This document shows, piece after piece, positions 13,173-27,029 of a DNA stretch of 64,000 bases. A program made the position numbers and the translations under genes. The stretch comes from Octopus sinensis (taxonomy: Eukaryota). Numbering within the stretch: the first letter of the stretch is position 1; every line of letters starts with the position of its first letter. The notes beneath the pieces were generated by a model, which saw nothing but the letters and a program-made list of their open reading frames with translations, was not told where the DNA came from and did no database searches. The stretch is taken from the NCBI RefSeq assembly GCF_006345805.1, contig NC_043006.1, positions 32,860,001-32,924,000 on the forward strand, written 5' to 3'.

Positions 13173-15193
13173 TCATGTAGCGTTGTGCTGTTGTTGCAGT
13201 ATCATCAAAATTTTATGTTGTTTGATATATTTGGACGCTAACTGCTCGGCCGTAAGGAACTTGATTAATTAACATACGTTTATTGAAATAAGCAGCACCA
13301 TTTACATTCCATCCATCCATTTTCGTTAATCACTCTTTGTGAGAGGGACATTAGAGTCGAGCCCTCTGTCATCTCCTCTATCGGATCGAATCTGAAACTC
13401 TCACTATTTATGTTTAAATATTTATTTAACTATGCAATTGTTTGATTTTCATTATAAGTATCACATTTATTCCATCAAAATATCTGGGCACTTTATTTTA
13501 GTGTAAATAGTAACACTTAGACATCTCCACCATTAAAGGAATACTTGGTATTACAACAACAAAATTCGTTTTATTCGATGGTGGGAGGCATATTTTTTAC
13601 AAGTCTAATACTTTTTCAACAGATGTAGAAAATTTCATTTGAAAAATTATTCTGGTCTAACTTGCCAATTTATTATTCAAATGAATGTTTCATTAATACG
13701 ACATCAACTATTTATATTTCTAATATCTTCATACGTTTCCATAGGTGTATATGCACCTTTTTTGTACCTACAAACATCTTCACGAATATATGCATATAAA
13801 GATATATATATCGTATGCATGTGCGCTTGTATGTAATTATATTTCCAACTCTCACATCTCATCTCGCACTTGCTTTACGTTTTTCCAGTTTTCCATTTTC
13901 ATTTTGTTAATTCTACCACACTGAATTTTTTATCTCACCTTATCTCTTTCACATGGATCCTCTCTGTTAACCTCTAACTTTCCACGGTGAAAGCTGTAAA
14001 AGGAACTCTAAATCTGCCTTGTTCAGGTTTACATTAGTAGGACGTCGATACAAATCTCTAAAGCGAAATAAACAATAGTTTCCCTTCGTAATTATGCAAA
14101 CTAATTCATTTGGTTGCTGTTTCGAGCTGATTAATCGGGTACTGAGTAAGGAAAATATATTTCATTTCTACTTTGGTTGTAAATAGAAAACTTACATTCA
14201 TATGTTTCTACCGACTGACACCAAATAAAAACCTCTTTAGGGTTTTTATTTCATATCATTCTCCAGAACATCAATGGAATATGTTTTGAGTTGGAAAAGG
14301 AAAATTTAGAAACTTTACTCAACATGAAATGTAAAGAAAGTCACAAAAGGAGATGGAATGGACTTTTTAAATGAAATTTTCCGGTACCAGTCAAGTTTAT
14401 TAAAATAGATTACTTTCCCTAAGAGTAAATACGTCTTGTAAAAAAAAGAAATCTTCGGCAAAATTTAGAAAAAAAACGAAGAAAAAATAATGAAATTCCT
14501 ACTGTTATAAAAAGCAGAAAGAATAATGTAAATTTTGTGTCAGATGGGGATGTAAAATATACATAAGTTTACGAAGAAAATATGACTTTGACTAAGTGTG
14601 CGTGTGTGTACATTCCTATGTACATTTATATGTGTGTATGTGTGTATTGTGCATGTGAATCCACTTACGTGAATATGTGTGTATGTGAGTCATCGTATTT
14701 AATAACTGATCTTTCTTTTTGAATTAGGTTTGTCTATTTTGATTAATGATTTCACTCTGAATGTCACAAAATACTAAAGTATATCGAAAATGAATAAATA
14801 TAACGATGTTTATTTTGAACATAGAGTTGAATTTAATGATTCTCGTGGAAACTTTAAAGCATCATTTTAACATTCTTAAGTTAAAATTAATTCCAAAGTA
14901 GATTTGACTCATATTACATATATCTCCGTCAAACGACATCACCCAACCACTTTTTCTTTTAGTGGTGTGGTGGGGATTTCAAGATCAGTGTTTCGAAACA
15001 GTCACTGCGTAATGCCACACTGCTACACTGTAAAAAGTGATAATTTGCACATCTAAATATTTCTTGAATAATTAATCTAATTGGTAATTTGCAGCATTTT
15101 ATATTGCATATATTTATGCAGGATTATTTATAATTATTTATTTGTAATTTATTGTTCACTTGATATACGATATATAAAATATTTCATGTCTTC

Positions 15194-15411
15194 AAGGCGG
15201 CGAGCTGGCAGAAACGTTAGCACGCCGGGTGAAATGCCTAGCGGTATTTCGTCTGTCTTTACGTTCTGAGTTCAAATTCCGCCGAGGTCGACTTTGCCTT
15301 TCATTCTTTCGGCGTCGATAAATTAAGTACCATTAGTGTACCTTGGTCGATCTAATCGACTTGCCCCCTCCCCCAAAATTTCGGACCTTGTGCCTAGAGT
15401 AGAAAAGAATA
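15194..15411 (+). mobile_element. SINE family A, short form with TSD
   Basis: Full head to tgcctagagtagaaaagaata; flanking aatatttcatgt at about 15178 and about 15408. A decayed copy follows at about 15437-15625. Confidence 0.92.
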
Positions 15412-16571
15412 TTTCATGTGTTATAAAGTGTGCGAAAAGCTGACGAGCTGGTTGGATAAAAGGCTTAGCCGCATTTCTTCGGTCTTTTTACTTTCAGAGT
15501 TCATATCTCGATGAGGTTAACTTAACCATTTATTCTTTCGAGGTTGATGAGATAAACTGTCTGTCAAGTGCCGGGGCTGATGTAACCGATTCCTCCCCTC
15601 CTCACAAAAAATTGGCGTTCTGTTCAAAGATAACATCATGATTTTGGTCCCTTATATACCATGGGGACCGGGTGGAAGGTCATGTAAGATCTGACAATCA
15701 AGAAAAGATTTTTAAAAAACGTTCATCAAGGATAAAAATATATAAAATAAGAAAAGAGAAAGAGAAGAGAAGGAATTACTGATCAATGCAGTGCTCTGTG
15801 TTTTGCCAAGATAGAGACCGTTGCCTAAAATATTACTCGCTGTATTAGGTAATGCTTTTTATCAATACACAAGTCATATAAATTTAAATGTCTTCTCTAA
15901 TCATGATCGTGTGTTTATGATGCATAAAGTAATGCTTCTACAGAATGCCATAATTTAAGATATGCAAATATTCATATGTCTGTATTCCTGTTTTTTTCTT
16001 TCAGTTCAACATCAATTCTTTGACTTGTAATATTTCACATTATTCCCTGTACTCAAAAAAGATTCCACTTCTTTGATACGAAATTATGGCTATAACATCT
16101 ACTTTCGTCTACCGAAATAAAATGTTTCATAAATTAGCAAACATAAATTACTCGATGAAAAATGTAAAGCAAGCCCTTGAGAATCTGTACAAGATGCTGG
16201 CCAGGAAAACTACCACTTGGATTGCGAAGCTTAAGTAATTAATATATAGCAACAACTCATGTAGAACTTGAAATTTCCCGAATGAGTTACAAAAACCATC
16301 TATCTTTTCCTGTATTTCTTTTCCTACAAGATTATTCCAAAGTTCAACCAAACACACACATGCGCGCGCGCGCGAGTGCACGGCGTTATAGGGCCACACA
16401 GACTGCATCACAATCACGTTTTACAGTAAACATATAGCAGCGTAACTTCAAAACAACAGGCTTCACGTAGTGGTTGCTGAATCTTTTATCTCTTTCATTA
16501 CCACTAACACGACAGAACATCTGTTGTAAACAACAATCACACTTTACATCAAAAACATTTTACATCCTCAG

Positions 16572-16673
<102 letters not shown>

Positions 16674-16695
16674 GTATATATATATTATATATATA

Positions 16696-16736
<41 letters not shown>

Positions 16737-16790
16737 ATATATATATATATAGATATATATATATATAATATATATATATATATGTGTGTG

Positions 16791-16847
<57 letters not shown>

Positions 16848-17116
16848 GAGAGAGGGAGAGAGACAGAGAGACAGAGAGAGAGAGACGTAAGACGTACAGC
16901 ACATAGAAGTCTAGTGAAATAAAGCGGTGCACTGTGACACATAAGCCTGTGTGGGCTAAAAAGCTCTCTTTGCAACCGACCGGTTTTGGGTCATTCAGTC
17001 CCACTGCGCAACGCCTTGAGCAAGTGACTGCTCTCAAAATACGACGTGTGTTTATATATATATATATATAAATATATTTATATTGGCTAAACTGGCAAAA
17101 TGGCCTTTCCTAAATG

Positions 17117-17160
<44 letters not shown>

Positions 17161-17208
17161 ATATATGATATATATATATATATATAATTATATATATATG
17201 TATATATG

Positions 17209-17249
<41 letters not shown>

Positions 17250-17257
17250 TTATGTGC

Positions 17258-17289
<32 letters not shown>

Positions 17290-17305
17290 GTATGTATTTA
17301 TGTGC

Positions 17306-17355
<50 letters not shown>

Positions 17356-17359
17356 TGTG

Positions 17360-17390
<31 letters not shown>

Positions 17391-17412
17391 ATATGTATGT
17401 ATATGTATATAC

Positions 17413-17486
<74 letters not shown>

Positions 17487-17594
17487 CATATGTATATATA
17501 TATATATAATATATATAATATATATATATATATATATTCTCTTAGCACTATATCATCTCAATGATGTGGAAAATATTCCATCAGCATTGCCCAA

Positions 17595-17925
17595 ATGATG
17601 TTGGTACCGCCATTAAGATACATGACTTGGACCCCGTGCTATCCGCTCACACCATAAATTAAGTACCAGTTGCGTACTGGGGTCGATCGGGCCTTGTGCC
17701 TAGAGTAGAAAAGAATATTTAATAGAATGAAGGCGACGAGCTGGTCGAAACTTTACCGCGTCGGGCAAAACGCTTAGCCGCATTTCGTCTTCCATCGAGG
17801 TCGACTTTCCCTTTAATCATTTCGAGATCGATAATATAGGTAAAAGTTGAGTACTGGGATCGATGTAATCAATTTGCCCACCTCTCTTGACATTTCTGGC
17901 CTTGTGCCAAATTTTAAAACCAATA
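17595..17925 (+). mobile_element. Decayed SINE family A pieces (3' part 17655-17717; full short copy 17730-17925)
   Basis: ataaattaagtaccagttgcgtactggggtcgat; aaggcgacgagctgg head; aatattta(a/t)tagaat flanks the second copy. Confidence 0.8.
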
Positions 17926-17984
17926 TTTATTAGAATTACAAGATAATGATTCTATAGGTTAAAAAGTTTAGTCTCTTTGCTTTT

Positions 17985-18480
17985 TGTCAAGCATCGTAGT
18001 GTCTTTCATCATTTGATCCATCGACGCTTGTCGAGCGCCATGCCACATCATAATAATAGCAATTTGTATATCATTGTTTCCACTGTATACTCGCTTAGTG
18101 GTTTCGCACCGTCGTAACAATAACCCAACAGATTTATTATTATTAACATTCCACTACCCCTTATACCTTCAAACATTGTGCACCTCAGACCACATTATTT
18201 AATGTGTCATGCTTCTGTCAAACGAAATCGTTTGATTTGATGGCGATCCGATGTTAGCTCTTTAGTGTAAGCCGCTTAACTAATTCATTGCCTCATATTT
18301 GTTCCGAGAATGGAGAGATTTCGTCTTATCCGTTTTTATAAATATGGTTTATAAATAAATTTAAAATTTATTTATAAATAAATTGGTGTTTATTTATGTC
18401 ATCAAACATCGATGGTTCAACGACCACAGACATCTGTCTCTTCACGCCATGTGTTATTAGCATGGCAATGAAACTGAGAT
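17985..18480 (-). mobile_element. Possible very old Tc1-like transposase remnant
   Basis: Fragments WSE, YTVETM and MMW on the minus strand; weak. Confidence 0.25.
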
Positions 18481-18873
18481 CCATTCCACAGCAAATGTTA
18501 TCCTTCGTAGCTCTAAGAAACTAATCCAATCAAGCGGCGTAATTTATAGATATATGCACGACTTCCAAGGTTCTGCTTACGAGACATTGTTGCACTGTAT
18601 ACACAGACATACATACGCACGCGACGCACACATACACACACACACACACATACATGTAATTATACACGCGTGTCTCTCTGTAATTATGAGAAAGATGCAC
18701 ACGTTAAAGTCTATATAGCTTATCCACTTACAACTACGAATTTTGTTTGCGAAGGAAAAAACAATAATTCGCCGACACAGACACATATATTCAAATATAC
18801 GTGTGTATGTCTGTTTACGTGTGAGTGAACGTCTGTATGTACCTCTATGCGTGAGTCTGAATAGCTGTACATT

Positions 18874-18971
<98 letters not shown>

Positions 18972-19035
18972 GTCTGTGTCTGTCTGTCCCTTATTATATA
19001 TATATGTACGCACACACGCATATGTATGTGTGTAC

Positions 19036-19107
<72 letters not shown>

Positions 19108-19130
19108 TATATATATTATATATATATATA

Positions 19131-19174
<44 letters not shown>

Positions 19175-19957
19175 TTTATATTTCTGTATATCTTTTATAA
19201 ATAACATATCGTTATACAGGTATACGCATGTCGTGTGTACGTATGTGTGTACTTGTTTATATATATATATATACACGTAGCTATATGTGTGTGTGTATAT
19301 ATATATATATAGTCACACACACACATAGATAAATACTGAAATATACTTCTAACCTTAGATATAAAATTTTTCGAATTTTAATTGATAATTGATTTTTGTC
19401 ATTATATTGTAAAATATATCGTTAGACAAGTATACAGCACTGTTTTGGGGCTTCTTGTTCGTAAAAATGCATAATATATACAAGTTTTACATCTCCTTGT
19501 GATCAGAAAATATATTTGGTCAAAAAAAAAAGTAAACAAAAAGGAAACAACTGAAGGAGCTTAATCTAAATAATGTGTAGAGTTACAGTGAATTATTTGA
19601 AAAAAGAAGTGGAATAAAATTAATACAATAGCATGGAACGGGGAAAATAATTGCAATAAAATGTTGAATGTAAATCATGAAAATGAATATTGATTTTTGA
19701 AAGCAACAATCATAACTTTATCGAATTTATATATGCGTCATCAGATTTATAGTTACGTTATATGAAACAGTGCAACTATAAGGATAGACGAAATAGTTTT
19801 CACCTTCCAGTTGAATTAAATCGCTTTCGAAGTATCGATATTGGAATATATTGATATATATATATGTATGTGTGTGTGTGTGTATGTATGTATGTATATA
19901 TGTATGCTGGCCATTGATAAAATGTTTTTCCCGAAAAAAATCTTATCCTACATTACT

Positions 19958-20024
<67 letters not shown>

Positions 20025-20033
20025 TGTGTGTGT

Positions 20034-20064
<31 letters not shown>

Positions 20065-20329
20065 ATGTATGTATGTACGTATGTATGTATGTATGTATGT
20101 ATGTGTGTATGTATGTATATATGTGTGTGTGCGCGTGTACAGTGAGAGAGAAAGTGAAGTAGGGACAGATAGACAGATAACCAGTCAGATAGGCAGGTCT
20201 TCAGGATATGCACATTTGAATTGATTTGTTGTGCACTTTTAATAGTTAGTAAAACAGTTGAACAAGGGTACGACTTAACTGAGGCTCGTGAATATTGCAT
20301 TTAGATTTTTAAATCGAGACCCCTTCTCT

Positions 20330-21320
20330 TGGAAACTTTCCAAGATGGCTGTATTTTTAATTTGTGATTTATCAAACTAACTGAAGTATGGAAGAGTTGT
20401 GAGAAGGTTTGTTTGGCCAATAAATAACGTAAAATTTCTTGGAACTAATGTATTAGCCTCACTGCCATCCATCAACATAACCAAATTGGTGTTATTCACT
20501 TTAACCGGAAATATATTGCCTTTTCTATCCTTGTAATGTAAATACATTTCTATGTCGTGCATTTCAACTTCAATTTGCTTATGAAGTTGTTCCACACATT
20601 ACACTCTTTTTGCTTCATAGCTACAGACCGACTGAATGTTTATAATGTGTTAATTGGATTTCCGAATGCAAGAGAGTTCCATATAAAAGACACATATTGA
20701 TAACGATAGTCTGTGTATATGATGGTCATTAATCTCGAGAGAAATGTTGAATTTAATGAAACACAATGTCATATCCGATTGTATGAAGTCCACATTTGTA
20801 ATGAATAATAGATTTCACAGTTATAGTTGTTTAAACATCTTTGGTATGTGTAATGTATGGTACATGCTCATTCAATGAGTCTTTTTGTATTTCGTTCTTC
20901 GAATACAGTAGTTACCTTGACCAAACTAATCGAACCTAATATCGATTTATGTTATGAAAGAATTTTCGATGTTAACGTTGTGCTGAAATATTCCTTAAAG
21001 TAGAGATATAAATCTGGTGTGCTCTGTTATGAGGAACTTCTGTTTAAGTTACGCGTCATTCATTTTAGTTTAACAAATCTCACTCATACACATGTCATCC
21101 AAGTACTTCGAATGAACCATAAGCGACAGTACAGCAACAATACTGATCTTTGACACTAAATCCCCGATCTCTTGCAAACTACTGCCTACTACTGACTTTT
21201 GTTGTATTCCTGAGATGGCTGTAAATCATCCATGTTTTAACAATGTCAAGATCAATTAGCATCAATTCGGATCTTAACTGCAGCATCAATAATTTTTTGA
21301 AGCAAAGAACTGAAAGCTGA
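20330..21320 (-). mobile_element. Possible decayed Gypsy-type gag/protease remnant
   Basis: VKVNNTNLVMLMDGSEANTLVPRNF..IGQTNL resembles a retropepsin D(S/T)G region; upstream MNDA*LKQKFL resembles gag; heavily mutated. Confidence 0.4.
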
Positions 21321-21325
21321 TACCG

Positions 21326-21759
21326 TTCTTTTATTCTTTTATTTGTTTCAGCCATTTGACTGCGGCCATGCTGGAGCACAGTCTTTAGTAGAGCAAATCG
21401 ACGCCAGGGCCTATTCTTTGCAAGGCTAGTAATTATTCTATCGGTCTCTTTTGCCGAACCGATAAGTTACTGGGACGTGAACACAGCAGCATCGGTGGTC
21501 ATTGTTAAGAGATGTTGGGGGACAAACACAGACACACAAACACACAGAGACACACAAATACACACACACATGCATATACACATACATATATATACGACAG
21601 GCTTCATTTCAGTTTCCGTCTACCAAATCCACTCACAAGGCTTTAGTCGGCCCGAGGGTATAGTAGAAGACACTTAGCCAAGGTGCTACACAGTGGGACT
21701 GAACTAGGAAGCATGTGGCTCGTAAGCAAGCTACTTACTACTCATCCACTCCTGCGCCT
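21326..21759 (-). mobile_element. SINE family B
   Basis: gactgcggccatgctggagcac..cagtttccgtctaccaaatccactcacaaggcttt..aagcaagctacttac; a further mid-fragment lies at about 21885-21970. Confidence 0.92.
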
Positions 21760-22020
21760 ACAGTTATACAGTTAATACACAATTACTATTTATATAGTAG
21801 ATTGTCTAGTAGGCTATCAAAATAGTCCTCTTAAGTATTAATAGCTAAGAAGGTCTTTCTCTCTCCCTCTCTCCCTCTCTCCCGTTCACTTTTGCCGAAC
21901 CACTAGCTTACGGGGACGTAAACACACGAGCATCGGTTGTCAGGCGATGTTGGCGGAAAAACACATACACACAAACACACACACACACACACAATACACA
22001 CACAACACACACACACACAC

Positions 22021-22076
<56 letters not shown>

Positions 22077-22174
22077 TAGTAATAGCGTGACAACAAAAGA
22101 AAGAATGGGAGCTCGATATTATGTAAATAGAGGAATATCTCTGTAAAATAAGATGTGACAATTATTCGGTTGTT

Positions 22175-22240
22175 ATAATAAAACTCCGAGTTTCAGATGT
22201 CGGTGCGGAAGTCTGCTCCGGCATCTCGTCAGTTATTAAG
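22175..22240 (-). ncRNA. Hammerhead-like motif (left arm, minus strand; GUU cleavage triplet)
   Basis: Reverse complement reads taataa-CTGACGA-gatgccggagcagacttccgcaccgacatct-GAA-ACTC g GAGT-T-ttatta. Helix III is a short palindrome, as in minimal or dimeric PLE hammerheads. Confidence 0.6.
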
Positions 22241-22333
22241 ACAAAGCAAAAATGTTATGAAAATGACCGTTAAACAAAGGCAAGGAACGTCTTAGTAATT
22301 TCCCGGTCATTTTCATAGCATTTTCGTTTTTTT

Positions 22334-22398
22334 CTTAATAACTGACGAGATGCCGGAGCAGATTTCCGCTCCAACATCCGAAACGCGGAGTGTTATTA
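22334..22398 (+). ncRNA. Hammerhead-like motif (right arm; position 17 is G, likely inactive)
   Basis: taataa-CTGACGA(22342-22348)-GATG cc GGAGC agatttcc GCTCC aa CATC c-GAAAC(22380-22384)-gcgga-GTG-ttatta; helix I taataa/ttatta. Confidence 0.55.
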
Positions 22399-22849
22399 TG
22401 GCAACCGAATAATTGTCACATCTTATTTTATAGATATATATATATATATATTGCCTATAGATAATATATATTTGAATGGGATTTCAAATTTTATCTTTGA
22501 TCAAAACAAGTAGAAATATTACTCCTAGTACCTCGTTCTATGCATTTGTGTTGATAATAACGTCCTTCCGGTTCCCCAAGGATCTAGATAGTGGTGATAT
22601 ACAGTACTTGTTTCTATTTGTGAACGCAGTCACACGTTGTGCAAATCATCGTATTAGGATATTCCCTGTTAGTCCAAAGTAACATTTTAGCGCATCGAGT
22701 CCTGAAATATCAGCTCTTTCTACCAGCTACTTCTTCAAGCATTTGCTTCTTGGAATTCAGTGGCCAAGGGATCTTCAGGTACTTAAAGGTTGTGGTGTAG
22801 TTACATTAGTATAGTTATTCTGGCTACATACTTGAAAACCTATGTCGAG

Positions 22850-23135
22850 GAGGCAAATATTAAGCTCACTTTTTACGTTGATTTTATTGAATATTTTGCG
22901 ACAACTATCTGGGATGGAAACTTGATATTGATGAGCATGCTGCACTTATTGATACATTGATGCTATATGGTAGTTTTAACCACATGATTTTACTAGTTCG
23001 GTTGAATTTGATGCGGGTAATATTTTGTTTCTAGCTCTTCTCGTTAGTGTGCTATTTCAATGGGAAGCAGCTTTACTGCGTTACATTGCAATAGTTTTAT
23101 CTGGAGATGAGCGAGAATGTTGGTAACTTGTTTAG
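22850..23135 (-). mobile_element. Highly decayed Naiad-type PLE fragment
   Basis: Minus strand reads AASH*NSTLTR, RTSKIMWLKLPYSINVS and SCRKIFNKINVK, homologous to the AAPYYNEAL / HISWYNPP / TILNKNTIRLS segment of the 49-50 kb ORF. Confidence 0.55.
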
Positions 23136-23279
23136 TAACTGATAGTCGATGGTTCGAGCCTTTAGTTTTAAAGGTAATTTCTCATTACTTTTCGGGAAAG
23201 GGGTTGTGTTAAGCAGTGCTAAGATTCTTGGTTAAGAATCTTAACACATGTATTGATTCTTCTAATGTTAATTTCAATT

Positions 23280-23472
23280 TTTGAAACAAGGCCAGCAATT
23301 TCGAAGAATGCAGTAAGTCGATTACATTGAAACCAGTCTTCAACTAGTATTTATATCATCAACCCCGAAAGGAAGAAAGGCAAAGTCGATCTCGGCGGAA
23401 TTTGAACTCAGAAGAAATGTCGCTGGGCATTTTTGCCCGGCCTGGTAACGGTTCTGCCAGCTCGTCGACTTA
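23280..23472 (-). mobile_element. SINE family A
   Basis: ccccgaaaggaagaaaggcaaagtcgatctcggcggaatttgaactcagaa..ttctgccagctcgtcg is the reverse complement of the family sequence. Confidence 0.85.
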
Positions 23473-24024
23473 TTTAACTATTAAAATGTTAAATGTTAAC
23501 AAAGGTTTAAGTTATGTTATTATTCTAGTATTTTATCTCTAATTCTGTTCAAGTATGCCTGCTTCTGTTATGTAACAGCCTCAACATCTCATCTCTTTAG
23601 AGTCCTATGTCAGACATATTTGTTTAGAACGAAGCGAATCACAAAGTCTGCGATTTCAATGACATCGTTGTTCTACATGACGACTTGAAAGAGTTCATCA
23701 CTTTTCTTTCTAACGCAACAAGAATCTTTGTGGAATAGCACGGTTTTCCTTCTGTCATAATTATATTAACTTTGAAGTCAATAATTGTGGCTTGCGGATG
23801 TAAAATGTTTTGAGTAGGTCTTAAATTTTCCCTCCTTCATTATTTTCTTGATTTGTATATTTTCATTTTTTAAATTTCATTTTATATTATCTTTATACCA
23901 TTTCTTCTTATTTTAATAGTCCATTCTGTAAATGTTACTTCAAATCAACTGTTGTAGACAACGTAGTAGAGAAAAAGAAATATTCATCATTACAACCTCT
24001 GAATGATTATTTCCTTTCAAAATC

Positions 24025-24226
24025 CAGCGGAATGACAGACGCGTTAGTGCGTCGGATGAAATGCTTAGCAGTATTTCTTCCGACTCATTATGTTCCGATT
24101 TCAAATTACACGGAGATCGGCTTTACCTTTCATCCCTTCAGGGTCGAGAAAATATGTTTAATTCAACACTGGAGTCAATGTAGTGTTCTCCCCTAAAATC
24201 GCTACCCTGGGTCAAAATTTGAAACC
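24025..24226 (+). mobile_element. SINE family A, decayed
   Basis: aaatgcttagcagtatttc..ttcaaattacacggagatcggctttacctttcatcccttcagggtcga. Confidence 0.75.
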
Positions 24227-24419
24227 CTTATCTCTTCTCCTGCATTCCTGTATATATAACAACATTGTTGAGGTGAAAATCTCGTACTTCAAGTCATTTC
24301 TAAACTATCTCTCTGTCTCTGTGGCTACCGTGCTTGCTCCCCAATTATAGTACCAGTGTGCGGTCCATTAGGCAAGTAACTTCTACTTTGGTTCTAGGAC
24401 GAAGAAATGCCACCTGAAC

Positions 24420-25166
24420 GATTATAGTTGAAGGGATCGGTTTGGCAACCTCTCATTGGCTGGCTTCGTGCTCTTGTGTTCCCTGAGGCGTCAGCATCGA
24501 AGACCCGACCAGGTCCATCAATGATCTACATTGCTGGCGATTTCATGCCAGGTTCTCTACATCTTCCTAGGTGGTGTCAAGCCTCTGGAGATGTTCCCCA
24601 ATCACGTTCAGCAACCTGGCACGGGGTCTCTTCCATCCTGCACCGGCTACATTGAGTGAGAGTAAAGCCATAGAAGATGATCTAGACAGAGGACATGCCC
24701 GTACCAGCGCATGTGACGGATAACTATGACGTGGAAGACTGGAGGCTGGCAACATTTTATTGGATACAAGATGGTATCTTCTAATGTTCTTGATGGTTCA
24801 AACAGCTCTGCTATCGAAACCGCCGTTCCTCTTTGGTGAGACCTTCAAGAGGGATCCCATTTCTGCTCCACAGAGAAGAATGAAGAAGGTCGATGCGCTG
24901 TAGATGTGGAGCTTCATCTTCTGAGAATTACACCAGTAGCGTCAGATGGGCTTCAATAGAAGGTAGATGAACCCAGCGGCCAGACCACATCTGCGGTTGA
25001 TCTCCGGGGACAGGTCTAGCTGTTGGTGGCTAGGTAGCACAGGTAAATGGAAGAGCTGAGAAAATCCACGATGTCGGGGTCTATATGGAGGAGGGAAGCG
25101 TCTGGATCATCGCCGACATACATCAGCATGGTCTTCGCCCGACTCACTTAAGGCAAAACTGCTGAC
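24420..25166 (-). mobile_element. RTE-type LINE, 5'-truncated decayed RT C-terminus
   Basis: SRAKTMLMYVG, DLSPEINRRCGLAA, KMKLHIYSAS, ILLCGAE, FDSRAV*TI, LVSN and RPRAR motifs. Confidence 0.75.
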
Positions 25167-25209
<43 letters not shown>

Positions 25210-25289
25210 AGGTTCAAATGGAACACACAAGTTGATATAGATGCAAAAAGTCAAGGTCTACCTTGACTTTTTTCGATATACACACACAC

Positions 25290-25350
<61 letters not shown>

Positions 25351-25423
25351 CATATATACATATACATATATACATATACATACATATATACATATATATA
25401 TATACATAAATATATATATATAC

Positions 25424-25454
<31 letters not shown>

Positions 25455-25486
25455 ATATATATATATATATTATATTATATATATAT

Positions 25487-25925
25487 GTGCGCAAAGCAAC
25501 TACTACCACAATTTTTAATCTTTCCATTTTACCAATGTGCTATCGGATCATCAACACAAATTAGACTAAACAAGGAAACATTCTTCATTGAAAAGTACCA
25601 GCCCAGACTTAACCATGCCAACATACTGATACAGAGAAATTCACACCAAGGGAAAGGAAAAAAATTTTAAGCGATTATCTCCCTCACACCAGAAGAAATC
25701 ACTCATTACCTCCCCTTATTTAGAACTCTTTTGAACATAAACATAACGATAACTCTATTCAACATAAACATAACGTCGCAAGAAATTTGAAAAGCTAACG
25801 CGAAACCGTCTTTCTTCTAAATTATGTCATTGTAAGGAAAAAAAAATTTTAATATTCTTCAGACATATTGACGCAAATATATATTATTTTAACCTTTAAG
25901 CCTTCTGTAGTTTTTTCACTTTTTA
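25487..25925 (+). mobile_element. PLE 3' fragment (GIY-YIG C-terminus plus pLTR) within (TA)n
   Basis: ORF 25485-25670 contains [34 protein letters not shown], matching the R..E..FI....P.LN end of PLE GIY-YIG domains. Degenerate hammerhead downstream; TA tracts on both sides. Confidence 0.7.
25779..25817 (+). ncRNA. Degenerate minimal hammerhead motif
   Basis: aagaaa-t-TTGAAAA-GC taac GC-GAAAC-c-GTC-tttctt; helix I aagaaa/tttctt; core mutated from CTGAnGA. Confidence 0.45.
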
Positions 25926-25926
25926 C

Positions 25927-25977
<51 letters not shown>

Positions 25978-25981
25978 ATTA

Positions 25982-26070
<89 letters not shown>

Positions 26071-26431
26071 ATATATATATCATATATATATACATAAATA
26101 TATATATATACCCTCTTTTTCACGCTCCACTTACTGGATTATGATCATTCTGGGGAAGCACTTTGCACAATTAACAAATCGATTTCAATATTTATATTTT
26201 ATAGTCTGGTATTCAAACTATATATTAGTGTGTATGTGTGTGTGTATGTATGTATATATATAATATATATATATATATATAATATATATATATATATAAT
26301 ATATTATATATATGTATGTCTTGTAAATTAGATGTCCACTAAAGGAAAATAAATGAGGCAGTATCCATCTATCTATACGTCTCTCTCCCTTTCTCTCTCC
26401 CTTTCTCTATCTCTCTTTCTCTGTCTCTTCT

Positions 26432-26470
<39 letters not shown>

Positions 26471-27029
26471 GCACACACACACACACACACACATTCACAC
26501 ACATACACACTCCTATATATGTTTCTATGTATATATACGTCATAATGTATGTATCCATTTTCATAAACAAACTTACATACAAATATTTCTCTTTCACAAA
26601 CACTCGCGCGCACATACACACTCACAAATACACACACCCACACAGACGCACACACATCCGTAGTATGAAGTGAAGTTTATCGATCACAAATGTCTCGTAT
26701 TTTTACTATAAAAAAAATTACGAGACTAGTTTTTACAGATATGTTAGGATGATTTTTGAGAATGAAATTTTTGGGTTAAATGAGGTGGAAATATATAGTT
26801 CTTTGCCTCACCTCTTCTACTTCATCGGTTTATATAATAAAACTGTTTTCGTTTTATTATTATCTTTCCATTTCTATTATTGTCATTATTCCTGATGGAG
26901 TCAGACGATCCTTTATTTGCTGTGAAAATTAATGCCGTTAATTTTATTGCTTTTATGAAATAAAAAAAATAAAACTAATGATGATACCTCTAAAATAATA
27001 ATAATGATAATAAGGGGAACAATTGTGTC

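Larger units (their letters stand above)
22085..22433. mobile_element. Palindromic non-coding element with two inverted hammerhead-like motifs, between (TA)n tracts
   Basis: Inverted arms 22141-22269 and 22304-22433 with a 34-bp spacer. Its left extension (gacaacaaaagaaagaa..ctcgatattatgtaaataga) is shared with 56709-56767. Confidence 0.8.
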
